Below, one piece after another: positions 1 to 14,169 of a stretch of 64,000 bases of DNA. Every line of letters starts with the position of its first letter. The first letter of the stretch is position 1. The stretch covers positions 3,038,001-3,102,000 of the forward strand of contig NEEC01000011.1 of NCBI GenBank assembly GCA_002189035.1, given 5' to 3'. This stretch comes from Utricularia gibba. Lineage: Eukaryota; Plantae; Magnoliophyta. The position numbers were made by a program, and so were the translations under genes. A model generated the notes under the pieces. The model did not search any database, was not told the DNA's origin, and saw only the letters and a program-made list of their open reading frames with translations.

Positions 1-2582
<2,582 letters not shown>

Positions 2583-2759
2583 TGAAAATGTTCCAGTTAT
2601 CCTGCAGCATAAAATGAAACAATGAAAACCATGAGCGAAAAGGAAATTCAAATGTCCACTCAACCAATGAAGCATCCTCCATTCAACTATCAATAAACCA
2701 CTTACGAAGAACAAAATAAAAATACTCCCCTAAAACACGAACTATGAAATCGCCATGTA

Positions 2760-3214
2760 AAACCCTAATTTTCACGACTTTACAAAAAAAAAAAAAAAAA
2801 AAATCAACAGATCCAGGTCATCCACACATTTGAGAGCGTCATATCAGAATATCACCATAATACCATCAAAAATAGAAGATTACCAGGCAAAACAGGAGTC
2901 GGCAAGTTTGGAAACAACGAACAAGAAACTTACGCACTCCGACGCTCTTCGATCAACACCGAGAAGGTCGGTGATTTGAAAAAAAAAAAAAGCAGATATT
3001 CACGCGCAGCTCGGGTAAATTCGCCTAGAGAAGAACCAGACGTGACACGGAGAGATCGAGGCTTCCGAAAAAGAAGCGCAGGCGAACTCTACACCGCCGT
3101 ATCCTTGACGCGGATTTATACCTAAACGATCTTTTTTTGATACCTTTCGAAAAATTCTTTTTAAAATATATATATATTTTTTTTCATAATTAGGCCCGAC
3201 AACGCTGTGGCCCA
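2760..3214. promoter_or_regulatory. Shared head-to-head promoter/leader region of the helicase and RPL12, with a telo-box and site II motifs
   Basis: AAACCCTAA at 2760-2768 in the helicase leader intron; AGGCCC at 3192-3197 and GGCCCA at 3209-3214. Site II plus telo-box is the established combination in plant translation-machinery promoters. Confidence 0.55.
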
Positions 3215-3325
3215 ACCCAATAAGAACCCAAATTTTCTTAACAAAATCAGGCCTGGAGGTCAAAATCTCTTATCCTATCCGCCTTCGCTTCATCTTTGCT
3301 ATCGCGAAGCTCCGGTTAAGCGATA

Positions 3326-3889
3326 ATGGCTTCAACCATCTCCTCCTTCTATCTCCGAACCACATCCCTGCCTTCGCCGTCCACGGCTGCGCCTCCCCAA
3401 TCTGCAGCCGCATTCCCTCGCCGCACAATCGAGTTCCCCCACACGATCACCGTAACCACCCACACCCGACGCGCGACTCAACTCGCCGCCGTCGAGGCGC
3501 CAGAGAAGATTGTTGAACTGGGAGACCAGATCTCGAACCTAACCCTAGCCGATGCTCAGAAACTCGTCGAGTATCTCCAGGATAAGCTGGGCGTCTCCGC
3601 GGCGGCGTTCGCTCCAGTCGCTGGTGTAGCCGCGGCGCCCTCTCAGGCAGAAGCGGCGCCCGTGGTGGAGGAGAAGACGGAGTTCGATGTGGTGATCGAG
3701 GAAGTGCCGAGCAACGCGAGAATCGCGACCATCAAGGTGGTTAGGGCGCTGACGAACTTGGCGCTGAAGGAAGCTAAGGATTTGATTGAAGGATTGCCGA
3801 AGAAATTCAAGGAGGCGATTTCCAAGGAGGAAGCCGAGGAGGCGAAGAAGCAACTGGAAGAAGCCGGCGCCAAGATCGCCATTGTTTGA
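3326..3889 (+). CDS. RPL12: Plastid 50S ribosomal protein L12 with transit peptide, intronless
   Basis: 187-aa ORF: Ser/Thr-rich transit peptide, [26 protein letters not shown], and the C-terminal domain [25 protein letters not shown]...LEEAGAK. Confidence 0.97.
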   Translation: MASTISSFYLRTTSLPSPSTAAPPQSAAAFPRRTIEFPHTITVTTHTRRATQLAAVEAPEKIVELGDQISNLTLADAQKLVEYLQDKLGVSAAAFAPVAGVAAAPSQAEAAPVVEEKTEFDVVIEEVPSNARIATIKVVRALTNLALKEAKDLIEGLPKKFKEAISKEEAEEAKKQLEEAGAKIAIV

Positions 3890-4588
3890 GCAGGAAGCTG
3901 TTACCGTTGATTCCGATTGCGTACGTTCAAGGTATAGTAATGCCTCCATTCAATTTCTCATAATGTGAACAGTTTTTCGAAGCATTACGATGTGAACCCG
4001 CGAGTCGAAACCATTCTGATAAACGTATCGAGCCCACAGCAGACTCCGATTGCTTTCCGGCAGTCACGTGCAAACCAAACAGCGGCCGCCACGGCCACTC
4101 TGGCGTCACAGTTTACAGTTACCCTTCGCTCCCGCTGACATTCTGCCAACTTCTGAGCGCCACAAAACGACATCAAGAAGGAATCTTGGGGCCGGAAATG
4201 TGCTATGCAGTAGATGTTTATAACTAAGGCCTCAACAGAGCTAGGAATCCTGTGGCAACAGACCTGAAAATGGGCTATGCAATGTTCACCATCCTGTGAA
4301 CAATGTCCATCTCTGGTTCAACCGAGTTGGATTGAGTTGAGGGTAGGACTTCGCATCGCGGAGCTCCATCTTCGCCCCAGCCAGCCTGAGACAAAGTTGA
4401 TGCCTGTTGAAGAATAATGCCTCCTCTTTACCTCATGCATATGGTTGACTGTGGCTTCTTGCGTAGTCTGCTGACTGCAAAGCTCGGATGCTTCTTGTGA
4501 AGCCCAATACAAACAGAGAATATTCTGAACAAAATCTTATGAATTGTTTGCTGGGCTTCGCTTACTGCTCCCAACTGAATCCTGCTTT

Positions 4589-5662
4589 TCAAGGAAGTAG
4601 AGGAAGCTCAACTTTAGTAGATGACATGAAACTGACCCTCCCTTGCTCAACTACACACAACTTCAGAGCACTTCCATTGCAACGTTTCTCAAGGGCTTCA
4701 ATCTCTTGCTTTGATGGTGGCTTGCTACTGCATGAAATCACATGGGTTGCTCCAATACAAAGCATTTAACATTTCGACTCATGGATGTAAATAAGGTTGG
4801 TATTTACCTGGCCACACAGAAGACGAAAGATGGATTTCCAGGGGAGGACTTTTTGAACTTGTTATTAGGAGGATAGACATCATAAAAGATCTTGGTTTCT
4901 TCAAGTTGCATTGTATCTAAAGTTCCTTTGATGAGATTGATTTCTGAAGATTCGTCACTTCTACCACTCGTGATCTCTTCCACGCCTTCCCGAGCATTGT
5001 GTTTAGTCCTCTTCACTGACCAAGGGACTCCATGACGACCAACAATGTAACCTAGACACTTAAGGTGCCGGTATGCTTCTAAAGATGCCCAGCAGCATCC
5101 TTGCCTATCATCTTCTGCTAACTTGGTGTAAAGAATGCTCAAGGTAAGAGGGCTTGCATCATCTGCAATGTAAATTTCCAGTGCGCCGATTTCTGCCAAG
5201 TATCTGTAGTAGAAGGATAATAAAATCAGCACAATCTCATAAAACACGAGACAGGACTAGAACTTGTCTAAATAGCTCTTTTTCTTGTTTCTCGAAACAG
5301 CACATTACATTGCTTCTTCAATAAGGCAATATGTCTTTCCATCACGAATTATCCCAGTACTTATCCACATTTTGCCCTTCTTCTCCACCACTTCAGCCAT
5401 TTTCAATTCTTCAATCCACAGAGCCTTTGAGATCTCTTTCCTTTAAAGATAGACACGGTTATTCGTAGGAACCCACTTGCCTTTTAGGGAAAACTCAGAC
5501 AGGATTTTGCTTTAGAATATACCTGAATTGTGGCTTGCGAATTTCAGCTGGACCATAGAAAATTTCATCCTCAACCGAATCCTCAATAAACCCTTCCGAA
5601 TCACTGCTAAAATGATATGTTTCATCGACAATATTTGCACTTCCCACTGAATCGCCTTCCAT
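4589..5662 (-). CDS. SEN54: tRNA-splicing endonuclease subunit Sen54-like, 4 exons
   Basis: ATG 5662 ([14 protein letters not shown]...). Exon 2 reads [25 protein letters not shown]...LIEEAM; exon 3 YLAEIGAL...[21 protein letters not shown]...[20 protein letters not shown]; last exon ...[20 protein letters not shown], stop 4589-4591. Confidence 0.85.
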
Positions 5663-5791
5663 CGCCTTGCTTCCTCAATGAATTAATTTCACAACTTATA
5701 TTCCCGAAACCGTACCTTCAGTAAATTCATGAATTTCAACGTCACAGACATTTCAACGAACTTTTGGTAGGCATAATTTTTCCATCACGCC

Positions 5792-6119
5792 TTTGAGAGC
5801 GTCATATCAGAATAACAACATATTACCACCAAAGCAGCACGTTCGGAAAGTTTGGAATCAGAGAACCAGAAAAATACGCACGACGACACTCTTCGATCAA
5901 CACCAAGAAGGTCCGTGAATTCATTAAAAACAAAGCAGATACTCACCCGCAGCTCAGGTAAATTTCTCTAGAGAAGAACCAAATGCGACACGGAGAGATC
6001 TTCTCTACGCTTCCTAGAAAGAGAAGCGCAGGCGAACACAGCCTCTCAGGCAGAAGCGACGTCCGTGGAGGCGCAAGCGTTCGATGCGGCGACCGAGGAA
6101 GTGCCGAGCAGAATCGCGA
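5792..6119 (+). repeat. Diverged chimeric duplicate: 5792-6037 copies 2829-3087 (helicase 5' leader exon/intron) and 6042-6119 copies 3639-3728 (RPL12 CDS fragment)
   Basis: Shared colinear blocks TTTGAGAGCGTCATATCAGAATA, CTCTTCGATCAACACC, CTAGAGAAGAACCA, GACACGGAGAGATC and GAAGCGCAGGCGAAC, followed by CCTCTCAGGCAGAAGCG...GAGGAAGTGCCGAGCA...GAATCGCGA from RPL12. Confidence 0.92.
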
Positions 6120-6376
6120 GCCCAGCGTCTGCTATATATACACTTCTATTTAATTAAACAATATTAAATTTAAATGTCAAAATTTTCCTATTATTTTTTT
6201 TGTTTTCTTTTTACCTTATATATATGTTTTGACAAAATAGCTTTGATCATGCTACAAATAGTAATATGATGCGTTGGTGGCAAATGAAGGTAGGTTCAAA
6301 CTGAACCTAAAAATAGCCCTCCCTCCGAATATAAATTACAGGCACATTCCACACAACTGCAACATCATCTCCTTCG

Positions 6377-7784
6377 ATGGCTCCCAATCTCATTCCCTTC
6401 TCAATCTTCGTCGTCTTCCTCCTCCCCATCTCCTCCCATGCCCACGTCTTCAACATCAACGACTTCGGGGCGAAGCCCAACCAGGACATCAGCAAGGTAG
6501 TCAAACACACACCACCACAGAACATGACACACTGATTGCTCACCTCACTGGTTCTGCTCAGGCGCTGTCGAGTGCGTGGGCGGAGGCGAGCAAGCTGACG
6601 ACGCCGAGCAAGATCGTGGTTCCGAAGGGAACATGGCCCTTGAGCCAGGTGAGGCTGCAGGAAAACAAAGGCCCTTTGGAGCTGGAGGTGCAAGGTACGG
6701 TGGTCGCCACCGACAATCTGCCTGACAAGGAGGCGGAGTGGATCACCATTAACTATGTGGACCACTTCACCCTCTCCGGCGGGGGTGTGTTCGACGGCCG
6801 TGGTGAGAAGGCCTGGAAGCAGAATGACTGCGGCAAGAATGCTCACTGCGCGAAGCAGCCCATTGTAACGTTTCGGCTAACGTGTGTATTTAGGAATGTG
6901 CTCAGATAGCGTGACGATGTTGAAAATTGTTTGCAGAACCTGAGCTTCAACTTCATCAAGAACTCGGTGATCAGGGACGTGACGACGAAGGACAGCAAGA
7001 ACTTCCACGTCAATTGCATCTCCAGCAGCAACGTGACGTTCCAGCGGTTCACGGTTTCGGCTCCGGGGGAGAGCGTCAACACCGACGGGCTCCATCTGGC
7101 GAGGGACACCGGCATTTACGTCCTCGACTCGACCATCAAGACCGGCGACGACTGCATCTCCATCGGAGACGACAGCCACGAGATCCACATACACAACGTG
7201 GAATGCGGCCCCGGACACGGCATTAGCATCGGGAGCCTCGGGAAGTTCGCCACCGAGAAGGACGTCACTGGCATCTACGTCCAGAACTGCACCTTCATCG
7301 GCACCCAGAACGGCGTCCGCATCAAGACCTGGCCCTCCACGCCGGCGACCCTCCGCATCTCCAATCTCCACTTCGAGGACCTGAAAATGCAGGACGTCCA
7401 CAACCCCATCATCATCGATCAGGAGTACTGCCCCTACAACCTCTGCAAGCTCGACGTGAGTCACTCGCACCCTATCAGCGCCGCCCCAACCCCTGCCCCT
7501 ATTACACATTTCCCCTTTTTGTACTACAGAAGCCATCGCTGATCCAGATCAGCGACGTGAAGATCAAGAACGTGAAGGGGACGTCGATGACGGATGAGGC
7601 GGTGACGCTGTGGTGCAGCAGCACGAAGCCCTGCCAGGGAATAGACATCTCGAACGTGAACATCAACGGCAGCGGCGGGAAGAAGGTGACCTCCAAGTGC
7701 AAGAACGTGAGGCTCACAATGAGCGACGGCCCGGTCGCATCGCAGTGCGCGTCCAGCGCTTTGGCCGCCACCAAGGCCGCCTGA
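6377..7784 (+). CDS. Secreted polygalacturonase (GH28, exo-PG/pollen-type), 4 exons
   Basis: Signal peptide MAPNLIPFSIFVVFLLPISSHA. Exons ~6377-6496, 6562-6864, 6937-7455, 7530-7784. GH28 motifs NTDG, GDDCIS, CGPGHGISIGSLG and RIKTW are present. Confidence 0.95.
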
Positions 7785-8338
7785 GAACACCGTTCCGGAT
7801 TTTCTGAGCAGCCTGGAGAAGCTGCAGTAGTCTTCTTCTTCTTCTTCTCTTGTGGCTAATAAATACAAATACTCCATTCTTGCGAGCTAAATTTTGTATA
7901 ATTTATATTTATAATATAAATTATGTAATTTAATTAAATAAATTATAAAATATATTTGATTCATACTATACAATTATAATATTATTAATATAAAAATTAA
8001 AATATTCAAAACACTGCTTCTTATAAATAATTGTTTATAAAATAAGGATAAACAAAAAAGTTTTAATTTTTAATTAAATAAATGAAATTTTATATTTTTA
8101 TATTAGAAATGTTTTTATTCTATTTTTTAAAAAATTCAGATATAATAAGTTCACTTTATATCACCTTTATTTTTGGATTTGTCTATTAAAAAAATACTAT
8201 AAATTTTCTTATTTTTCCGGAAGGAAATTTATTTTTTAATAAAAAAAACCAAGAAAAATGACGTTGCTGTTGAATCAACAACAATGGCTACCAACTCAAC
8301 TTACAATATCATCATCGTTTTGCCGTGGGTTGTACGGA

Positions 8339-11300
8339 TTACGTCTGGTTCTGTTCCAAGTCCTTCAGGGCTTGATGGGTCGCATGAAGGATCATCTTCT
8401 TCACCTTCGGTTCGAAGGGAGGATGGATATCAGTCCCGGGCTTTGAGTGGGGGAAGCAGAGAAGGGTTTGATGGGATGCGTACCTCTAGCTTGTCTTCCT
8501 TCACTCGGTGTCCGTGGGGGAGACTGCGGAACTCCTCTGTCAGCTTCAGGCATTCGGCGACGTTTTCGGGGGACACGAAGTCGAGCGCCACCTTGATGCA
8601 TGACTGGGAATAGGAAGAAAGATGGTCGATAGATACGATCGCAGCCATGAGTAGAAGAAAATACACAAGGAGGATCTTACCTTCAGATTTCGGACTTGAT
8701 GGGGGCAACCCGCTGGTATGAAAACAGCTTCCCCTAGCTTCTGAACAAATGTCCATGGTTCAATTCCTATGGATACCAGAGTGAAATCAGCTACCTGAAC
8801 TTGGGATTTCGTCTTAAGGTTAACATGAAGCTGTGAAAAAGGAGAACTTTCTTACCATATTCCTCTTTGAGTTTTCGCTTGTGCTCCACAGTGAGATAAA
8901 CAGACTGGTCATGAATGGGGTGGATGATCTGTGGTCACACAGAGAGTAAATGGGATAGAGAAAACAGATTCATGTTCATGCCAGAAATGGAGACTGTGAA
9001 ACATGAGTGAGCAAAAGTAGGTAGGTACCTGTGGCAGTGGATTCCCATAAATGTGTCTAAATTCTCTGAAGTGCTTCCTCACATAATCTTCCAGTTTGGG
9101 CACATCTTGCCTCCTGAAGATGTCCCATAGAGCTGCACCTTCAACGTCTCTGCTCTCATGTGCTGCAACTTCAGACTCTTTATCCTGCAACCCGGACGCC
9201 GTGTTTTCGTGGCCATTCTCCCATTCATCCGTTTCCCTTTCAGTACCATAGCATTCGATCATATCTTGAGAAGCATGCTTCTCTTGCAGGTATTTTATGT
9301 TCGACAACTGTTCAGAATTCAGGGTGACTGACTTTGTGTGCGTCAATACATTCACCTGGTGGACCAAAGAAACATATGGTTACAGGTATGTAAACATTCA
9401 CATGCACCAATAATATGGGAAATGTCCTACAAAATTCAAAGAAGTTTTACCGCATCAGACATATCACAATGCAGTTTGGTGACAGAGTCTGCCCTCCCCA
9501 GTTCTTCTGGAAAACCATAAGCAATATATGACTTTGGCCCCATATCCGGCTTTAGGGAATTCTTGGGCAGTTTAACCGCAAGGTTTAAGTACCCCTCTTC
9601 AGGATGGGTGTACTCTTTAAAAGGCAAGCAATCTATGAATTCTGCACAATGACGAGGAAGCCGCTCATGGAACATGCTTGATGGAGGCCAGTCTTTCAAC
9701 TTCAGAACCGTTGGCCAGCCTCTAGTGTCGAAAAAAGGTTTTGAATATCCTTCAAAAAACTGATGGAGGTTTATGTCGACCTGCAGACAAGCAAAATATT
9801 AGGAACATAGCTAAACATCTATCATCACAGAGAGCGGATACACATGAGAGCTTCAGGAAGCAGGAATTCTTTTGGACAAAAAACCAAGACTACAGCTACC
9901 AATTCCAAAGGCATAAACAGAGGAAAGTTTCTGAACATTCATCAATGTCTATAATTCCTAAAGGCAAATATCATGGCCAACTGGACAGGATGTATTTTGA
10001 GTTCTGATAGAGCGCATTGCTTCAGACAAAGAACACAGGGATATCTAATAGTTCACAGGATAACTTCAGCCACAACTTATTTCCTGTGCGTTAAATTATT
10101 CAAAGCTCAAAATTTCTGGAAGAACCGGCAAACTCACCTGGCACCAATCCAAGCAATTTATTGCAGTAACATCCAGCAAACTTTTATGATGAGCATTTGA
10201 TATCTGACGGCACGCTCGCCACATGACCATAGGCTCCCAGCTCAAACCTGATGTAGTTTCTAGAACTCCACTGACCATCACAGGTTCACCCTTGGACCAA
10301 TGGAGCTGAAAATGTTCCAAATCATCACCACTCATATCTTTAGCTGATGGGCAGAATAACATATTATCTTCCGAGTCTTTTCTAGATGCTGCTTTACGCA
10401 CTCCATTATATTCATTTTCTTTCTCATGCAGGATTTTCGAACATGAGCATCCTTGCCTAGAGCTCTTTGGAAAATCCTGAAGTTTTCCTGATCTCTCCAA
10501 TTCTTCAGCTCTACTCAACAACATTGATGCAGAATTGCCTTGAATTGACTTTAATGAAAGAACACCTTTACCACATCCTCCAAGAGATTCTGGGGGACAT
10601 GGAATAGTACCATTTTCAGTAGGCGCCCAACCGGACTCTATCTTAACAGGAAGCCTTGGCTCTTGAATAGCTTCAGCAGCTCCATGTGGATCCCTATTTC
10701 TACTTGCAATAAAATCACCAAAACCATGCATGTAGTCTAACCCTTGATCCGCGTACTCAATAATAACCTCCTTATCCCCTCCAGGCAGGGTACCCTGACG
10801 AAGCTCTTGACAACAAGCAAGGCACAAATCATATGCACACCCTGAACAGCTCCGGTGAAAATCAAAAATGGATGTTTTGCAGTTATCGCTGCATCAGTGC
10901 ACAAAATTATGGGACAAGTGAAGCCAAACTGACCATTCTATAAGTGAAATGTCCAAAATTTACCAGTATATTCGCATGTCTGATGGACATTTTGATTTCT
11001 CAGGCCTTACTTCTGAAACTGGCAGCCCTGTTCCAGCAAATTCTGATAAGTGAAAATTTTTCAAGACAGGACAGAAATAATAGCTTATGACCTATGCTAT
11101 AATACGAAATATTTGAAGAAACCCAAAGATTGCCTCTAAGCCTTAAAAAGAGATGTAGTAGAGACATTGCAACGAAATCATTCTCCATGATTTTCTCCCT
11201 TTTCAAGACACCAACTGATTTCAGGGACATATTAGAGAATTAAGTCTTTCATTTGTTAAGAAAGAAACTCTATTGCCCCTACAAGAAACTGCGACTTTCT

Positions 11301-12657
11301 CCAATCTCTGCCTGCCGAAGAATACAAATTAAACAATTCTTCCTAATATTTTTCCCTTCACCTAGATACAAATCATCAAATCAGCTGTAACAACAGTATT
11401 TTAAAAAACTGAAGCACATTAAAGGCTCTGAACGAACCAGCACAATAATGCAGAAAGTGTTCGATTGCAAGCAAAACCATAGGTGTGATGGAGTCTTGCC
11501 TTTTATCTTTGCCTCAATTTCCTTCTCAATCTCCTGCTGCACATAAAATTGCTTTACGAAGGGGAGGAGGCTTCTTAGGATATACGTGGAGTATCTCACT
11601 TTTTCTTGTGGTTTGAACTCCAGATGAAGATCTTTTAAGGCCTTCAATAAAAAACAGCGAAGACAAAAATTCAAGCAGGAGTAAAACAGTAAAATGACAG
11701 CCAAGGTAAGCAGCTATCTCAAAATGTGATGTTTTCTTAAGTGCTTTAAGCTACACATACATCTATCTCATCTTCCCATGTTTCAATAGAACTGATGGTT
11801 GTGCAACAAATGGAAATAACTTAGAGTAATCAAAATACTCGTAATACACAGGTATTAATAAAAATAAGCAGTATAAAATTCCATTTGCATCATCACAATA
11901 TATTCCAGTATCAACTCAATGCCAACATCTTCATCATGTTAAAACCAAGATCAAGAAGCTCAGCTAGAATGCATTTACTGAGTCTAATGGATTTATGGTA
12001 AGCAAATGAGCTAAAGAAGGAGAAAGAGCTGGAATCTCAAAGCAAAAACCAAACGAAATGAAAATGCAAAATATATATAGTCAACCTTGAGTCCTCCATC
12101 CCGCAGGCATCTCTTGCAGTTACAGTTTTTACGACAGCATGGGCATGCCTTAGCAAAATCTTCTTCTTGCATCAACGGATACCTGATAACACTGTTTTCA
12201 GACCACGACACCAAAATATATGCAGCCATCATGCAGGTAATATATATGTTAACCAAAGAAATGATTTTGATAATGGAGAAGGTATATCAAGAATAAATGA
12301 AAACAAATCCATAAGCTGGATCCAGCTCTACACACTTCTCTTATTCAACTCAGTTAACGAAATTGGGTCAATGACATGTCAAACTGCGTTAAAAAAATAT
12401 TCATCAATCTAATTATGCCCATTTTTATGAGTTAGTGAATCACAATAACAGGTTGATTGAAAATGATGAAAAGCTACGCACCATTTCATGCATGGTAGAC
12501 AGTATCGCTTCGCATTGCAACTGGTGCAACGTACAACAGTTCCCTTATCATTTCTTTGGCACTGATGACACATGGTAGACGCAGTTTTCACGCCCTACAA
12601 AATTCAGAAAGCAATCAGTATCAGGAAATGGAGGGAAAGTAAAGGAAAATAGAGGGG

Positions 12658-12689
<32 letters not shown>

Positions 12690-13675
12690 ACACGAACATT
12701 TCTCTCAAGACTCCGGTTCCCCTTGGGTGGCTCATTACTCTTCTTTTGCTTCCGGGCTTTCACATCCTTCTCGCCACCATCATCATCAACAGCCTTTCTT
12801 CCCCTTCTCGTGAAACATTTCACTTCAACATTTTTCTTTTTTCCCTCTTCCACACCGTCGGCAGAATCTTCCATCGAATGCTTCCTCTTCCTCCTTTTCC
12901 TGCCGTTTCTCGTTTTCCTTCCACCCTCGTCATCACTGGATATACACTCTTGTATCCTCCGTTTTGCCAACTCACAAGATACCCGATTCGATGTCCTCTG
13001 GACAGAAGCAACACTTATAACCCCTTTGTGTTCCGTCAAATCACCAAACTCATTCCTTACCCACTCTTCATTCCCACCTGTTTCCTTCTTCACTTCGGCA
13101 TCAATACTCATCTCAACTCCGTGATCAAGTTCGAGTTCTTGTGTAACTGTAGCCCACACAGCACCCTGGATACTTAATTCCACGTCCCCAGTGGTTTGTC
13201 CAACCCTCTTACGCTCCTCCGAATCACCATGACATTTTCTTTCACCCTCTTCGGCGACGCTTAATTCCACATCCCCAGTGCTTTGATCAACCCCCTTACG
13301 CTCCTCCGAATCACCAAGACATTTTCTTTCACCCTCTTCGGCGACGCTTAATTCCACGTCCCCAGTGCTTTGATCAACCCCCTTACGCTCCTCCGAATCA
13401 CCAAGACATTTTCTTTCACCATCCTCTTCAGCTACGCTTAATTCCACGTTCCTTTGATCAACCCCCTTACGCTCCCCCGAATCACCAAGACATTTTCTTT
13501 CACCCTCTTCGGCGACGCCTATACATTCGCCCGTCTCATCAACACCCATGTCAATCCCGCGATCAAGTTCGACCTTTTCTTGGTTCAAAACGTTGCCAAA
13601 AATTCCAGCCCCCTGTTCCACTGTTACGGTATCCCCAGGATCCCAATTCCCCTCCACCGGAATATTCAAATCCAT
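8339..13675 (-). CDS. KDM3/JHDM2-type JmjC histone (H3K9) demethylase with RING-like zinc finger (JMJ25/26/27/29 group)
   Basis: [15 protein letters not shown]...[74 protein letters not shown] and [14 protein letters not shown]; the Fe-binding H-x-D...H is intact. Stop at 8339-8341. Confidence 0.95.
12662..12689. repeat. (GA)14 microsatellite in JmjC intron 1
   Basis: Read directly from the sequence. Confidence 0.95.
13176..13520 (-). repeat. Coding minisatellite: four ~87-bp units in JmjC exon 1 (29-aa acidic repeat [29 protein letters not shown])
   Basis: Unit starts (AATTCCAC) at 13176, 13263, 13350 and 13440. The length variants (+3, -6 nt) preserve frame. Confidence 0.95.
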
Positions 13676-14169
13676 ACTCTTCCCTGAAAACTGCCAACGA
13701 GATTCTGCCACCGTTCAGGTCGTCATATACGCGCGCGCGCACACACAGAAGTGATGATCTCCCAGTCTTCAAGCCGACGACCCCGTTTTTGCAGTCAATA
13801 GGTTTTACCTTCTCCCGCCGCTGTTTTCACCCGCTACGAGGTTCTTATACCCTCGCAATTCCGCGGTGAATTTCCTTTTTTCACTATATATATTTTTTAA
13901 TTTTTTTACAATTACAAATAATAAACACAAAAACTAAATATCATTTACTTCATTAAATATATTAAATGATTGATTTCAATCATCAAATATAATTTTTTAC
14001 GTGAAATCATATTTTCCCAATAAAACATTTTCCAAATAAAAAAATTAATATTTTCGAAAGAAAATATATAGATACCGTGGGAGGCCAACACCCCTCAAAA
14101 TCCAACTCAGCGGGGTTATGTAGCATATGACATGCATCATGAGGGGTGAAGGGGAAACATGATCATGAC

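Noticed and set aside
3545-3949. Minus-strand ORFs over RPL12, and likewise 6307-6846 and 6877-7536 over the polygalacturonase
   Set aside because: Shadow ORFs of GC3-rich genes.
6274-6436. ORF-track N-terminus (MVANEGRF...) for the polygalacturonase
   Set aside because: The real start is the ATG at 6377 with a signal peptide in another frame, joined by intron 6497-6561.
7860-8250. Very AT-rich spacers (also 13900-14060, 21200-21400, 55500-55900, 59380-59900) as possible MITE/Helitron remnants
   Set aside because: No terminal inverted repeats, TSDs or Helitron termini could be identified by eye.
12723-13177. + strand ORFs over JmjC exon 1
   Set aside because: Antisense frames of a low-complexity charged region.
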